This document shows, one piece after another, positions 20,454 to 29,690 of a stretch of DNA of 31,295 nucleotides. Source of the stretch: a candidate division WOR-3 bacterium (GTDB lineage Bacteria > Hydrothermota > Tepidihabitantia > Tepidihabitantales > JAOUPE01); NCBI GenBank assembly GCA_039801565.1, contig JBDRUX010000017.1, forward strand, positions 1-31,295. Reading direction: 5' to 3'. How positions within the stretch are numbered: the stretch's first letter is position 1; every line of letters begins with the position of its first letter. Under the pieces are notes generated by a model, which searched no databases, was not told the origin of the DNA, and saw nothing but the letters and a program-made list of their open reading frames with translations. Position numbers and translations under genes: made by a program.

Positions 20454-21152
20454 TTAAGCGGCACGCATCACTTCCTGCAGGAATGCATTTTCCGGTAATG
20501 CACCGTCAATTTCAACCAAGCCATCATTGACAATCGTTTTAGGAACTGCCAAGACTGAGTATTTATCAGCCAGTTGGGGAAATTCGACCGAAGAGACCAT
20601 ATCCGCTTTAATCCGCTCGCTCATTAAAGCGAATTTATGTGCCATTCGGACCATAATTGGGCAATAAGGACAAGTTGGGGTGGTAAAGACCTGAATGTGA
20701 ATCCGACGGATCAGGGTGTTCAATTGAGTGATTGTCTCCAGCGCTAAATCGGTTACGCCTCGCGAGACATCAACCAAATCTTCTAACAGCACAGCGAATT
20801 CATAGCCGGAGGGGATACCAAAGAAACGAATTCCGTAAATTCTTTCGCCTTCTAAGACAATTGCTGGGACTTTATCAATTTCGAACTGTTTTGCCACGGC
20901 TTGGTCTTTTAGAATATCATAAACTTTTAACTCCAATTTATCCGAAAGATTGGTCAGTTCCTGCAATAGTTCAAGGGTTAAATGACAAGATGCACATTCC
21001 TCTTGTTCCCGCTGGGAATCTTGGCTTGACGAATCAATGGTTGGCAAATCCGATTTGTCTGGTTCGGTAAAAAAGTGAATAACTACTTTATTAACCAGAT
21101 TTTTCAATATCTCTTGAATCTGTTTTTTGTTTGCTTCGGAAATTATTGCCAA
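20454..21152 (-). CDS. Protein disulfide oxidoreductase (two thioredoxin folds, PDO/AhpF-NTD-like)
   Basis: CASC and CPYC motifs; RFFGIPSGYEF; AVPKT; TTG start with SD AAGGAGG. Confidence 0.9.
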   Translation of the reverse strand: MAIISEANKKQIQEILKNLVNKVVIHFFTEPDKSDLPTIDSSSQDSQREQEECASCHLTLELLQELTNLSDKLELKVYDILKDQAVAKQFEIDKVPAIVLEGERIYGIRFFGIPSGYEFAVLLEDLVDVSRGVTDLALETITQLNTLIRRIHIQVFTTPTCPYCPIMVRMAHKFALMSERIKADMVSSVEFPQLADKYSVLAVPKTIVNDGLVEIDGALPENAFLQEVMRAA

Positions 21153-21290
21153 AAATCCTCCTTGTTAGTTGTTACTCCGCCTGAGGTGCGGTAAAACCAA
21201 AAACTATGAACCAATTGCATTGAAATAAAATAATAAGTAATTTTTGGCTTTAGTCAATATTAATAACCATTTTGGTTTTAATTTATTTTG

Positions 21291-21318
21291 TTGACGAACC
21301 GATTGCTTTCGGTATAAT
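21291..21318 (+). promoter_or_regulatory. Sigma70 promoter
   Basis: TTGACG-N16-TATAAT upstream of SD AAGGAGG. Confidence 0.65.
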
Positions 21319-21342
21319 TGAGCAACGAAACAAGGAGGCAAT

Positions 21343-22299
21343 GTGAAGAGATTGGTTTTAATTCTTCTTGGCATCGTATTGAGTTTATTAGATGCGGATG
21401 CGGTTATTGAGAATTATACTAAAATCAGTATGATTGGCGGAATGGGTAGTATTGAATCAACTATTAAGACAGAAATTAAAGGACTAAAGAAAGCTGAAGA
21501 CGCTACCATCAAAATCACCGGTGGTATTTTAGGTACGGTTGCTGGTAAACCGCAACGCCAAGTTACCATTACGCGATTGGATAAGAATGTTATTTGGAAC
21601 GTGAATCATAATCAAAAAAATTACACCGAATCGCCGATTGATTCGCTCAATTTCATTCCAATGCAAGAAAAACCCAAAGAGGAAAAGTTGGAATACGAAA
21701 TAGTCAAATCGGAATTTTCGGTTAAGGCGACCGGAAATAAAAAGCCAATAAATAGTTTCCCTTGTAGCGAATACTTAGCAACTTGGACCTTAGAATTACA
21801 AGAAATTGAAACGAAAGAAAAGACGCAAAGTGTAATGAAGATAGCCCTTTGGGTAACGCCGAGGAGTGAATTAATAAAGAAATTGGAAGAGGAAGAGAAT
21901 GAGTTTAATAGAATGTTTATGGCCAAAATGAAAACAAAGGTTTCACCGGAGGAGATGAAACGATTGGGCAGTGAATTCATTACTTCAATGTTCGCAATGA
22001 AGCCGGATGATGTTAACAAGAAGATGATAAATCTAAAAGAAGAGCTACAGAAAATTGAGGGCTATCCAATTGTGACTGAAATAAAATGGACTTTGGCGGA
22101 GAAATCGGGCGAGAAAGAAAGGACAGCAAAGGATTGGGATGAGATGCTTGCTCAAGCTTTAGCAAAGAAGGGGGAAGATAAATCATCTGGGACAGACGAA
22201 GCGGCTTTCTATTCTTATAGCGAGGTTAAATCAATCAAGTTAGGGGAAGTACCAGATAAAAATTTTGAGGTTCCCTCGGGTTACAAATTGGTGAAGTGA
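21343..22299 (+). CDS. Secreted hypothetical protein (DUF4412-like)
   Basis: Signal peptide; ITRLDK..W; TGNKKPINSFPC..Y; GYPI; C-terminal FEVPSGYK. Confidence 0.7.
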   Translation: MKRLVLILLGIVLSLLDADAVIENYTKISMIGGMGSIESTIKTEIKGLKKAEDATIKITGGILGTVAGKPQRQVTITRLDKNVIWNVNHNQKNYTESPIDSLNFIPMQEKPKEEKLEYEIVKSEFSVKATGNKKPINSFPCSEYLATWTLELQEIETKEKTQSVMKIALWVTPRSELIKKLEEEENEFNRMFMAKMKTKVSPEEMKRLGSEFITSMFAMKPDDVNKKMINLKEELQKIEGYPIVTEIKWTLAEKSGEKERTAKDWDEMLAQALAKKGEDKSSGTDEAAFYSYSEVKSIKLGEVPDKNFEVPSGYKLVK

Positions 22300-22412
22300 A
22301 ATTGTTTGGCCTCGTTTGCACAATGATAGAAATGTTATTTGCTTATCCTTGGGGAATTAAACGGTTCAAGTTGGTTTAAGAGGTTCAAATGTAAGAGGAG
22401 GGGGGGGCAAAG

Positions 22413-23663
22413 TTGGATAGTTGGTTTCGATGGCTTTTGCTGCTATTATTTCTGTTCTCCTGTCAATCTCCGAAAAAAGTGACGGAGGTGACCTTCTGGC
22501 ATGCGATGGGCGGGCCATTGGGTAAAACTTTAGACCGGATGATTGCCGATTTTGAGAAAGAGCATCCTAATATCAAGATTAAATCAATCAGTATGGGCGA
22601 TTATTCAGCCTTAGCCCAAAAATTGATGGGAGCAATCGCAGTTCAAAATCCACCAACCATTGCTCAGGTTTATGAATCTTGGACCACCCAATTCTATGAG
22701 CAAGGTGAATTATTGCCGATTGATTCCTTAATCCAAGGACCAAACGGACTGACTTCAGCCGATTTGGCTGACATCTTCCCAGTTTTTATTGAAGACAACT
22801 CTTGGGATGGCAAACTGCTAACTTTTCCATTTAATAAAAGTGTGCCGGTCTATTTTTATAATGTAGAACTGTTGGCAGCAAATGGTATAAGAGAATTCCC
22901 GAAAACTTGGGAAGAATTTCGGACGGTATGTAAAATTTTGACTAAAGATACCAATGGCGACGGCATCAAAGACATTTGGGGAACGGGTGGCGGTGTAAAT
23001 GTTTGGCAGTTTGGCTGTATGCTTTTACAAAAGAACGGTGCTTTCTTTGACGAAAAGACAAAGCGGGTTTTGGTCAATTCCCCAGCCGGAGTTTCTGCCT
23101 TAGAATATCTTGTTGACCTGGTTAATAAGGATTCTTGTCAAAACTTTGTTACTGGTTACGAACCACAAAATGATTTTCTTTCTGGAAAGTTGGCAATGAT
23201 TTGGGGGACGAGTGTCTCCTGGGCATTTATGCGGGATAAGATGACCTTCGAAATCGGATTAGCACCCATTCCCCAATGGGATAAACCAGCCGTATTGATT
23301 TATGGGACCAATATCGCTATTTTTCGCAAAGCCAAACCGGAAGCAACTGCTGCGGCTTGGCAATTTATTAAGTGGTTCACTAATCCTAAAAATCAAGCAC
23401 GCTGGGCGAGTGCTACTTTTTATTGCCCGATCCGAAAAAGTTCTTTGAATGAGCCTGAAATGCAAAGTCTTATCAAAAAGATTAAGGGTCTCGAGGAAAC
23501 TTTGAGGCAATTGGATTATGCTTATTTTGAACCCCGAGGTGAAGAGTGGTTTGCGGGAAGGAGGTACTTAGGAGAGGGGCTGGAACAGGCATTACGACTA
23601 AAACTGTCACCAAAACGGGCATTGGATGAAGTAGCCAGACGATTCGAGATGAGTTTGAGATGA
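22413..23663 (+). CDS. ABC transporter solute-binding lipoprotein (family 1, UgpB/sugar-like)
   Basis: Lipobox LFSC; VTFWHAM; PFNKS; FYNVELL; PKTWEE; AAWQFIKW. Confidence 0.9.
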   Translation: MDSWFRWLLLLLFLFSCQSPKKVTEVTFWHAMGGPLGKTLDRMIADFEKEHPNIKIKSISMGDYSALAQKLMGAIAVQNPPTIAQVYESWTTQFYEQGELLPIDSLIQGPNGLTSADLADIFPVFIEDNSWDGKLLTFPFNKSVPVYFYNVELLAANGIREFPKTWEEFRTVCKILTKDTNGDGIKDIWGTGGGVNVWQFGCMLLQKNGAFFDEKTKRVLVNSPAGVSALEYLVDLVNKDSCQNFVTGYEPQNDFLSGKLAMIWGTSVSWAFMRDKMTFEIGLAPIPQWDKPAVLIYGTNIAIFRKAKPEATAAAWQFIKWFTNPKNQARWASATFYCPIRKSSLNEPEMQSLIKKIKGLEETLRQLDYAYFEPRGEEWFAGRRYLGEGLEQALRLKLSPKRALDEVARRFEMSLR

Positions 23664-25951
23664 AATTGGGAATGTTCAATCGGCTGGGTTGGGTTATAAT
23701 TTGGACAATTGGGTTGGTCGCTATTAGTTTGGGTCAATCCCGTCCAATCCGGGACTTGCGGCGGAATAACAATCAAGGAATTCCCTTGTTAAAAGATTCG
23801 ATAGTAACCATTAGTGGCATCGTCACGGTAGCTAATCAGTTTGGTTATTCTGGACCTGGTTTTATCCAAGATTCAACTGGTGGCGTCGCCCTTTATGACA
23901 CCTTGGTCAATCGATTAAGTATTGGGGACTATATTACGGTAACTGGTCGCTGCACGGTTTATGCTGGCTTAACCGAATTGAAAGCGCTTCGGAATTTAAC
24001 TATCCATAGCCGAGGTAATTTCATCCTGCCTAAGCTAATGACAATTCCCGAAGTTGGTGTCATTGACACTGCGGGTGGCTATGTGGAAAACGAGGGGTGG
24101 TTTATCCAAATTGATAGTGTGCGAATCATTAATGCTCCAACCGATACTTTTGCCGGCAATACCAATTATACAATTGAAGATAAACAAGGTAGAACCGGGA
24201 CCATCAGAATTGATGGTAATTGTTCGGATATTGTTGGTAAACCAATTCCGATTAATCGTTTTAATCTGGTTGGTGTGATTTCCCAATTTGTTTATAATCC
24301 ACCCCATTTTGGTGGTTATCAGATTATGCCGAGATTTTGGTTTGATTTGGGGGGCAGTTATCAATTTATGACGATTGCCGAGGCAATTCGAGATTTGGAT
24401 AATAACACAATTCCGGATTTGCTGGACTCAACTGTTACCGTGACTGGTATCGTTACGGTGCCATTCGGGGTATTTGCCCGGAACCGAACCGACCTCTACA
24501 TTCAAGACCACACCGCTGGGGTTAATATCTATGATGGCGCAAGAATATTTCAATTAAAACTGGGCGATAGTGTAATAGTAACAGGGAAGATTTATCAATA
24601 CCGTGGCAAGACCGAAATAATTTCGCCCCAAATCATCGTCGTCGGAACTAATCATCCTTTACCCGAACCGGTTGTCTTAAATTGCCAGAGAATAAATCGG
24701 GAAGAATATGAAGGCAGTTTGGTAAAATTGGTTGGAATAAATAGCAATGCCTTTGTCTTGGAAGGTAATACAAGTTATTTAGTCTTTGACAGCTCGGGAA
24801 GTGGAACTTTGTATATTGACGCCGATTCTGATATTCCGAGTTTATTGGTGGTGTTCGACACTTTTAGTGTGATTGGTATCAAATCGCAATACACGACCGA
24901 CACTACGCCACCTTTTAATACCGGTTACCAAATTGTTCCAAGATTTCGGACCGATTTTTCGCGCAATCTACGCGATGAGCTGCCTTTACTGCCAGTAAAC
25001 GAAGTCCAAAGACCAGGTTCGGATGGATTCACATCCGCTTATGAGGGGCAATATGTCAAAGTTCGAGGCCGATTAACTGGTCCAAATCGAATTTTTGGTA
25101 GTTCCTATTCGACCAGTTTCTTTATCCAAGACAGCACTGGTGGAATTAATGCTTATTCGATGATGGTAAATAATAACCAAACCAATTGGCTCGATTCCAT
25201 TGGGGCTGAATTTGAATGTATTGGCAAAGTGACCGAATATAATGGTCTGACAGAAATCGCTAATGGTGTTGCTTATCTTATGGATTCGGTATTAATTCCA
25301 ATCTATCCTCGAGAACTTCGTTTTGGTTTGCCTTTAACCGAATCAATGGAGAGTGATTTAATCACAGTGGTTGGGGATGTCAATTCACTACCTGTGACAT
25401 CGGGCAGTGCCCAAAACTTTATTATTCGGAATGGCAGCCCGGCCATTACGGTGAGGGTTTTAAATAATACAATGATACCTTTAAATTGGATTAGTACGGA
25501 TAAGCGCATCCGAGTAACCGGTATCGTCGGTCAATACGATACCGATTATCCATTTAATACTGGTTATCAGATATTAGTTCGATTCCCGGCAGACTTAAAA
25601 GACACTTCCCAATTTATGCCTTCGGCGGCAACGATGCGAATTGATACCATAATACCAAATCCCTTTGCACCAAGCCGGGGCGAAGTTATGACCATCAAGC
25701 TTAACTCACCAAGTACCTACCGACTCTATTTGGAAATATACGATTTGGAAGGAAGATTAGTAGTACCATCAGAACGGTTGAAGATGAAAAACGTGCCAGG
25801 TCGTTATTACGAAGTGCAATGGGATGGTACTGATGAGCGAGGTGAGCGGTTGCCGATTGGTATTTATATCCTAAATCTCAAAGGGATTGCCGAAAATGGC
25901 AAAACCGAATTTATTCGCAAAACGATACTTATCGCCACCCAATTACGATAA
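23660..25951 (+). CDS. Secreted multi-OB-fold protein with FlgD-like CTD
   Basis: Three modules of 'VTxxGxVT...IQDxTGG...Y.G.TE' plus 'E..LV...GIxxQY...GYQIxPRFxxD'; PNPF...IYDLEG...WDGTD...GIYI CTD; ATGA overlap with the SBP gene. Confidence 0.8.
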   Translation: MKLGMFNRLGWVIIWTIGLVAISLGQSRPIRDLRRNNNQGIPLLKDSIVTISGIVTVANQFGYSGPGFIQDSTGGVALYDTLVNRLSIGDYITVTGRCTVYAGLTELKALRNLTIHSRGNFILPKLMTIPEVGVIDTAGGYVENEGWFIQIDSVRIINAPTDTFAGNTNYTIEDKQGRTGTIRIDGNCSDIVGKPIPINRFNLVGVISQFVYNPPHFGGYQIMPRFWFDLGGSYQFMTIAEAIRDLDNNTIPDLLDSTVTVTGIVTVPFGVFARNRTDLYIQDHTAGVNIYDGARIFQLKLGDSVIVTGKIYQYRGKTEIISPQIIVVGTNHPLPEPVVLNCQRINREEYEGSLVKLVGINSNAFVLEGNTSYLVFDSSGSGTLYIDADSDIPSLLVVFDTFSVIGIKSQYTTDTTPPFNTGYQIVPRFRTDFSRNLRDELPLLPVNEVQRPGSDGFTSAYEGQYVKVRGRLTGPNRIFGSSYSTSFFIQDSTGGINAYSMMVNNNQTNWLDSIGAEFECIGKVTEYNGLTEIANGVAYLMDSVLIPIYPRELRFGLPLTESMESDLITVVGDVNSLPVTSGSAQNFIIRNGSPAITVRVLNNTMIPLNWISTDKRIRVTGIVGQYDTDYPFNTGYQILVRFPADLKDTSQFMPSAATMRIDTIIPNPFAPSRGEVMTIKLNSPSTYRLYLEIYDLEGRLVVPSERLKMKNVPGRYYEVQWDGTDERGERLPIGIYILNLKGIAENGKTEFIRKTILIATQLR

Positions 25952-25987
25952 CTTAAATAAGAAAAGTGGGTCTAACCATGGCAACAA

Positions 25988-26722
25988 ATGGGTTTTAGGG
26001 TAATGCGCCGAAGTTCCCTTTTCCTCTTGGCTATTATACTCTTATTTTTCACGTTGGTTTATTCGCAATGGGCGCAAAGCCAAGATGCTGCAACTCGTGG
26101 CTTAGGACAGGTAAGTTATGTTGGCTATTTAACGGTTCCGGTTTACTTTTCTGGACCAGCCCGCGATACGGCGATTCGCTATAAATCCCATACCAAATTT
26201 CAGACCGTTGGGGGATACCTTCAATTCGGCGTAACGGAAAATTTGGATGTCGGAATTCAAGGCAATACCTCGAACAACTCTTCAATTGGCTTACATCTCA
26301 AATTTTCGACAATCGGTGGACCGAATAAACCGAGTTATAATCAATTCGGCCTGGCAACGCTCATCGGCTTTGATTACGTCTTCAATGAGTTACAACTGGC
26401 ACCTTTCGGGGTTCTGATGTTAGGCAAAAGGTTGCGGGATTTTCTTTCGGTTTATAGTGGAATTAAAACATTCTATTGGCCCAATATGATTTGGCAGGAA
26501 ATTCCTAAAGAGCAAAGGAATGTGACAGGATTTTTACCATTTATTGGGTTAAAAGTATATAACCCTTATGGTTGGGAGAAAGGCAAAATTTATTCATCTC
26601 TGCCTACCGGTCTCTATTTTGAATTCGCCTATCCTGCTAATATTGAATCAAAAGGACTAATAATCATTTTAGGAGTTGAAGGTATTTTGGGCGTATCCCT
26701 TCGTAGCCTGCAAAGTAAATGA
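25988..26722 (+). CDS. Hypothetical exported protein, probably an outer-membrane beta-barrel
   Basis: Signal peptide (start possibly ATG 26003) and alternating amphipathic strands such as LQFGVTENLDVGIQ. Confidence 0.65.
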   Translation: MGFRVMRRSSLFLLAIILLFFTLVYSQWAQSQDAATRGLGQVSYVGYLTVPVYFSGPARDTAIRYKSHTKFQTVGGYLQFGVTENLDVGIQGNTSNNSSIGLHLKFSTIGGPNKPSYNQFGLATLIGFDYVFNELQLAPFGVLMLGKRLRDFLSVYSGIKTFYWPNMIWQEIPKEQRNVTGFLPFIGLKVYNPYGWEKGKIYSSLPTGLYFEFAYPANIESKGLIIILGVEGILGVSLRSLQSK

Positions 26723-27157
26723 TATCAACTTTTAAACAACTTAACCTTTTGAACCATTAAACCTTGCCTTGAATTTATTTGGGGCTTGAGGTACGTCTTC
26801 GGTCGTATTTTCAAAGAACCGACTGCAAATTTATTCAGAAAGCTACTTTTTAAAAGATTATCAATTCAGTATTAAGCGATTAGAATAAAGAAAATATTGT
26901 CAACCCAAAATCAAAAAGAGTGCACAAGGATTGAATATAAAGATTGAACAGGTTAAAACCGCAGTTCATAAAATCCGGTATGAGTAAAGACTCGCTGAAA
27001 TTGTGAAGGATTGGGTTAAAGACAGGCAAAGTAATTGAAAAAGATGTCTTAGAAAAATATCGGGCTATTAAATAAACCGAACTAAGTTCTTTTCATAATT
27101 TAAAAACTGGTTGTTTAATAAGACTGGGTATAGTGTGTGACTACGTGCATTTTTATC

Positions 27158-27186
27158 TTGACTTAATCTCAAAAAGTAATTATAAT
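27158..27186 (+). promoter_or_regulatory. Near-consensus sigma70 promoter with no downstream CDS
   Basis: TTGACT-N17-TATAAT. Confidence 0.65.
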
Positions 27187-27192
27187 ATAATA

Positions 27193-27256
27193 AGAATTCG
27201 ATAAAAGAGGTGGCATCCTTATATATTAATCCGCCGAAAAGGGCGGATTTTTTATT
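27193..27256 (+). ncRNA. Candidate small RNA of about 60 nt
   Basis: Lies between the consensus promoter and a + strand intrinsic terminator; no plausible ORF. Inferred, not a recognised family. Confidence 0.4.
27228..27256 (+). terminator. Intrinsic terminator (may also serve the convergent porin gene)
   Basis: AATCCGCC-GAAAAG-GGCGGATT followed by TTTTATT. Confidence 0.8.
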
Positions 27257-28209
27257 TAGAAACTGAACTGCAGTTGAGCTGAAATCTTATGGCTCTTTGC
27301 CTTGGAAATTTTATCGTCAGTATAAGTGTAGTTTAACATTGGTTTAATATTGTCTCCTTTTATAAACCAATTGATGCCACCAGTAATTGCCAAGAGGAAT
27401 TCGCTTTTACCATAAAATTCCAATCGCACTACTGGTTGAAGGTTTTCGTAGCGGTAGCCGGTAGCAAGATATAGCCCCTGGTTAGTCACATTACTATCTT
27501 TAATCATCGCAATTTCGGATTTAAAAAAGAGCTGGGTAAGGATGAGAGCCAGTTCGGCGCCAAAGCGTTGAACGGTAAATAAAGCACTATCCGGACCGGC
27601 TTTGCCCCAATAGATATTACCACCCAAGGTTATTCCAAGTTTCGAATCCGGCGTGAAGACTAATCGGCTTACTATATCTTTCCATTTATTGTTATCTTTA
27701 AATTGATTGCGACCATTGCCATTTATTATCGCAAATGCCCACTCCCCAAATTTCTGTTTAGTGGCTATTTGTAAACCAATATCCCGCGTTGGACCAATAG
27801 CGGTACGGTGTTTGCTTAAAGTTGTATAATCAATAAAATCAAGTTTTGGGGGCGGTGTTAAATTTTCGATGCCAGTGGGTGGCTTAAATTGACCAACTCT
27901 TAACTCATAACCCTTATGACTTAAAATCATAAAAATGTCATAGGTCGGTGCCCCAGTAAAATCAGCCAAATCGTGATAAAACCGAACTTTGGCATAATCG
28001 CTAATCGTTCCGGTAATACCTAAAAAACCACATAACCGAGCAAAGCTATTTGTATTAGTTTCAACTTGGTTGGAGTCACGGTTGGAAAGATAATAATATT
28101 TCCCCCAAACACAGCCGTCAAAACTTAATTTGCCAGAAGCCACCTTCACATCCTGACCTAATCCAATGCTTAAAAGGGTGGCAATCGTAATAATTAGGCA
28201 ATTTCGCAT
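27256..28209 (-). CDS. Outer-membrane porin, phosphate-selective porin O/P-like
   Basis: Signal peptide; LRVGQFKPP; RDIG; NGNGRN...DNNKWKD...R; GINWF; terminal Phe (LQFSF); SD AAAGGAG. Confidence 0.82.
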   Translation of the reverse strand: MRNCLIITIATLLSIGLGQDVKVASGKLSFDGCVWGKYYYLSNRDSNQVETNTNSFARLCGFLGITGTISDYAKVRFYHDLADFTGAPTYDIFMILSHKGYELRVGQFKPPTGIENLTPPPKLDFIDYTTLSKHRTAIGPTRDIGLQIATKQKFGEWAFAIINGNGRNQFKDNNKWKDIVSRLVFTPDSKLGITLGGNIYWGKAGPDSALFTVQRFGAELALILTQLFFKSEIAMIKDSNVTNQGLYLATGYRYENLQPVVRLEFYGKSEFLLAITGGINWFIKGDNIKPMLNYTYTDDKISKAKSHKISAQLQFSF

Positions 28210-28251
28210 AATACTTGCTCCTTTCTAATTCAAAAATCGCATTATCGTAAT

Positions 28252-28346
28252 TGGCGGAGGCGTGTAGGAATCGAACCTACCGGTCGACTTGTCGCCGACC
28301 ATACGGATTTGAAGTCCGCCAGGCACACCAGCACCCATCCGCCTCC
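28252..28346 (-). tRNA. selC: tRNA-Sec (anticodon UCA)
   Basis: 95 nt, GGAGGCGG...; 6-bp D stem with TGGT loop; CTTCAAA anticodon loop; long variable arm; GTAGG-TTCGATT-CCTAC T arm; G discriminator and encoded CCA. Confidence 0.96.
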
Positions 28347-28354
28347 GTCCTTGA

Positions 28355-28382
28355 ATAATAGCCTTTTTAAAATGATTGTCAA
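28355..28382 (-). promoter_or_regulatory. selC promoter
   Basis: Minus strand TTGACA-N16-TATTAT, ending 8 nt before the tRNA 5' end. Confidence 0.65.
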
Positions 28383-28393
28383 ATCAAAATGAT

Positions 28394-29008
28394 TTATAAA
28401 ACTTTTTCTTTCAATTCATCCCAACGTTTGCGCCAAACTGCATAGTCTTGAAACTCCCGAACATTGATTGATAAAAAAGATAACTGGCTGGCTACGGTTT
28501 TATCAGTAAGGGTCGGATAAAACACTGCTTCGTCAGTATCATAGATGCCAAATAACCAGCCTTTTATTTTTTTATCTTTATAGACTGCCACTAAACTTTT
28601 AAGCATTGCTGCTTTCTCTTCAAAAATCACCTTAGGAAAATAGCGGAATTGTTTTGGAACCAAGGCAAATTCAAATTGGAGCAAGGCTTGGATTTCATCA
28701 TTTTGTAGCACCACCAGGTCAGGCTTTTTGCCTTTTAAATCCGGATTAATTCTTAATTGCCAACCCGGTAAAGTAAGAAAGAAACGGCGACTATGATAAT
28801 AGGCAACACTTAGTAAATCACCTTTATTAAAAATCCGAAAGTTCTTGAGGTCTTCTTTAATTTTAACCATTAAACTACCACTGATAAACTCGGTGGCTTT
28901 GTCCAGGGTAGGCATTACAATTCTTATTTTACTAAGCAGACGGTTATTGTCAACCTTACGATTATTATCTTTGGCGGCTTTAACTTTTAAAATCTTTTCA
29001 ACCAGCAA
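28394..29008 (-). CDS. Hypothetical protein, possible degenerate PD-(D/E)XK fold
   Basis: 204-aa ORF with KKPDLVV...LLQFEF motif; start uncertain. Confidence 0.6.
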   Translation of the reverse strand: MLVEKILKVKAAKDNNRKVDNNRLLSKIRIVMPTLDKATEFISGSLMVKIKEDLKNFRIFNKGDLLSVAYYHSRRFFLTLPGWQLRINPDLKGKKPDLVVLQNDEIQALLQFEFALVPKQFRYFPKVIFEEKAAMLKSLVAVYKDKKIKGWLFGIYDTDEAVFYPTLTDKTVASQLSFLSINVREFQDYAVWRKRWDELKEKVL

Positions 29009-29075
29009 AATTTCCGCAAATTAATTGTTAGTCTAATTTAACCCACTGAAAATCATAGCACCGCCCGATTTTGTA

Positions 29076-29103
29076 TTGACATTTAATTGATTTTGTCTAC
29101 TAT
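29076..29103 (+). promoter_or_regulatory. Promoter of lemA-htpX
   Basis: TTGACA-N16-TACTAT followed by SD AAGGAG. Confidence 0.55.
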
Positions 29104-29126
29104 ATTTATTTAAAAAAAGGAGTAAA

Positions 29127-29672
29127 ATGATTTGGATAATCGCTATCGTGGTTGTGATTGTCCTTTTTGTGATAATCACCTATAACTCATTAGTTGTCAA
29201 ACGGAATCAAGTGAAAAATGGCTGGTATCAGATTGATGTCCAACTGAAACGGCGCTACGACTTAATTCCCAATCTGGTCGAGACGGTTAAAGGCTATGCG
29301 GCTCATGAAAAAGAAGTCTTAGAAAAAGTGGCAGAATTACGGTCAATTGCACTTGGTGCCAAGACTCCAGGTGATGTGGCAAAAGCCAATGACCAATTGA
29401 CCTCAGCGCTTAAGACCCTTTTTGCGGTAGCAGAGAACTATCCGGCCTTAAAAGCCAATGAGAACTTCTTAAGACTGCAAGAAGAACTTTCGGCTACGGA
29501 AAACAAGATTGCCTTTGCCCGTCAATTCTATAACGATGTCGTAATGGCTTACAACATCGCAATTCAGAAGTTTCCCAGTAATATCATTGCTGCAATTTTC
29601 CGCTTCACACCCCAAGACTTTTATTCAATACCGGAAGCCGAAAAGGAGCCGGTAAAGGTGAAATTCGTCTAA
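29127..29672 (+). CDS. lemA: LemA family protein
   Basis: YNSLV; IDVQLKRRYDLIPNLVETVKGY; AENYPALKANENF; RQFYN; FPSN. Confidence 0.97.
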   Translation: MIWIIAIVVVIVLFVIITYNSLVVKRNQVKNGWYQIDVQLKRRYDLIPNLVETVKGYAAHEKEVLEKVAELRSIALGAKTPGDVAKANDQLTSALKTLFAVAENYPALKANENFLRLQEELSATENKIAFARQFYNDVVMAYNIAIQKFPSNIIAAIFRFTPQDFYSIPEAEKEPVKVKFV

Positions 29673-29690
29673 AAGCCCTAAGCAGTTCTT

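Noticed and set aside
20454..21152. Selenocysteine in the disulfide oxidoreductase
   Set aside because: Both redox motifs are Cys-encoded (CASC, CPYC) with no in-frame TGA.
21143..21220. 25-codon upstream ORF with a small CCGC/GCGG hairpin before the PDO gene
   Set aside because: No SD, a weak stem and no regulatory codon run.
22395..22407. G-run before the SBP gene as a phase-variation tract
   Set aside because: It is short, overlaps the SD, and length variation cannot be assessed without reads.
26722..28252. Integrated island at the selC 3' end
   Set aside because: No integrase and no duplicate of the tRNA 3' end seen in the window.
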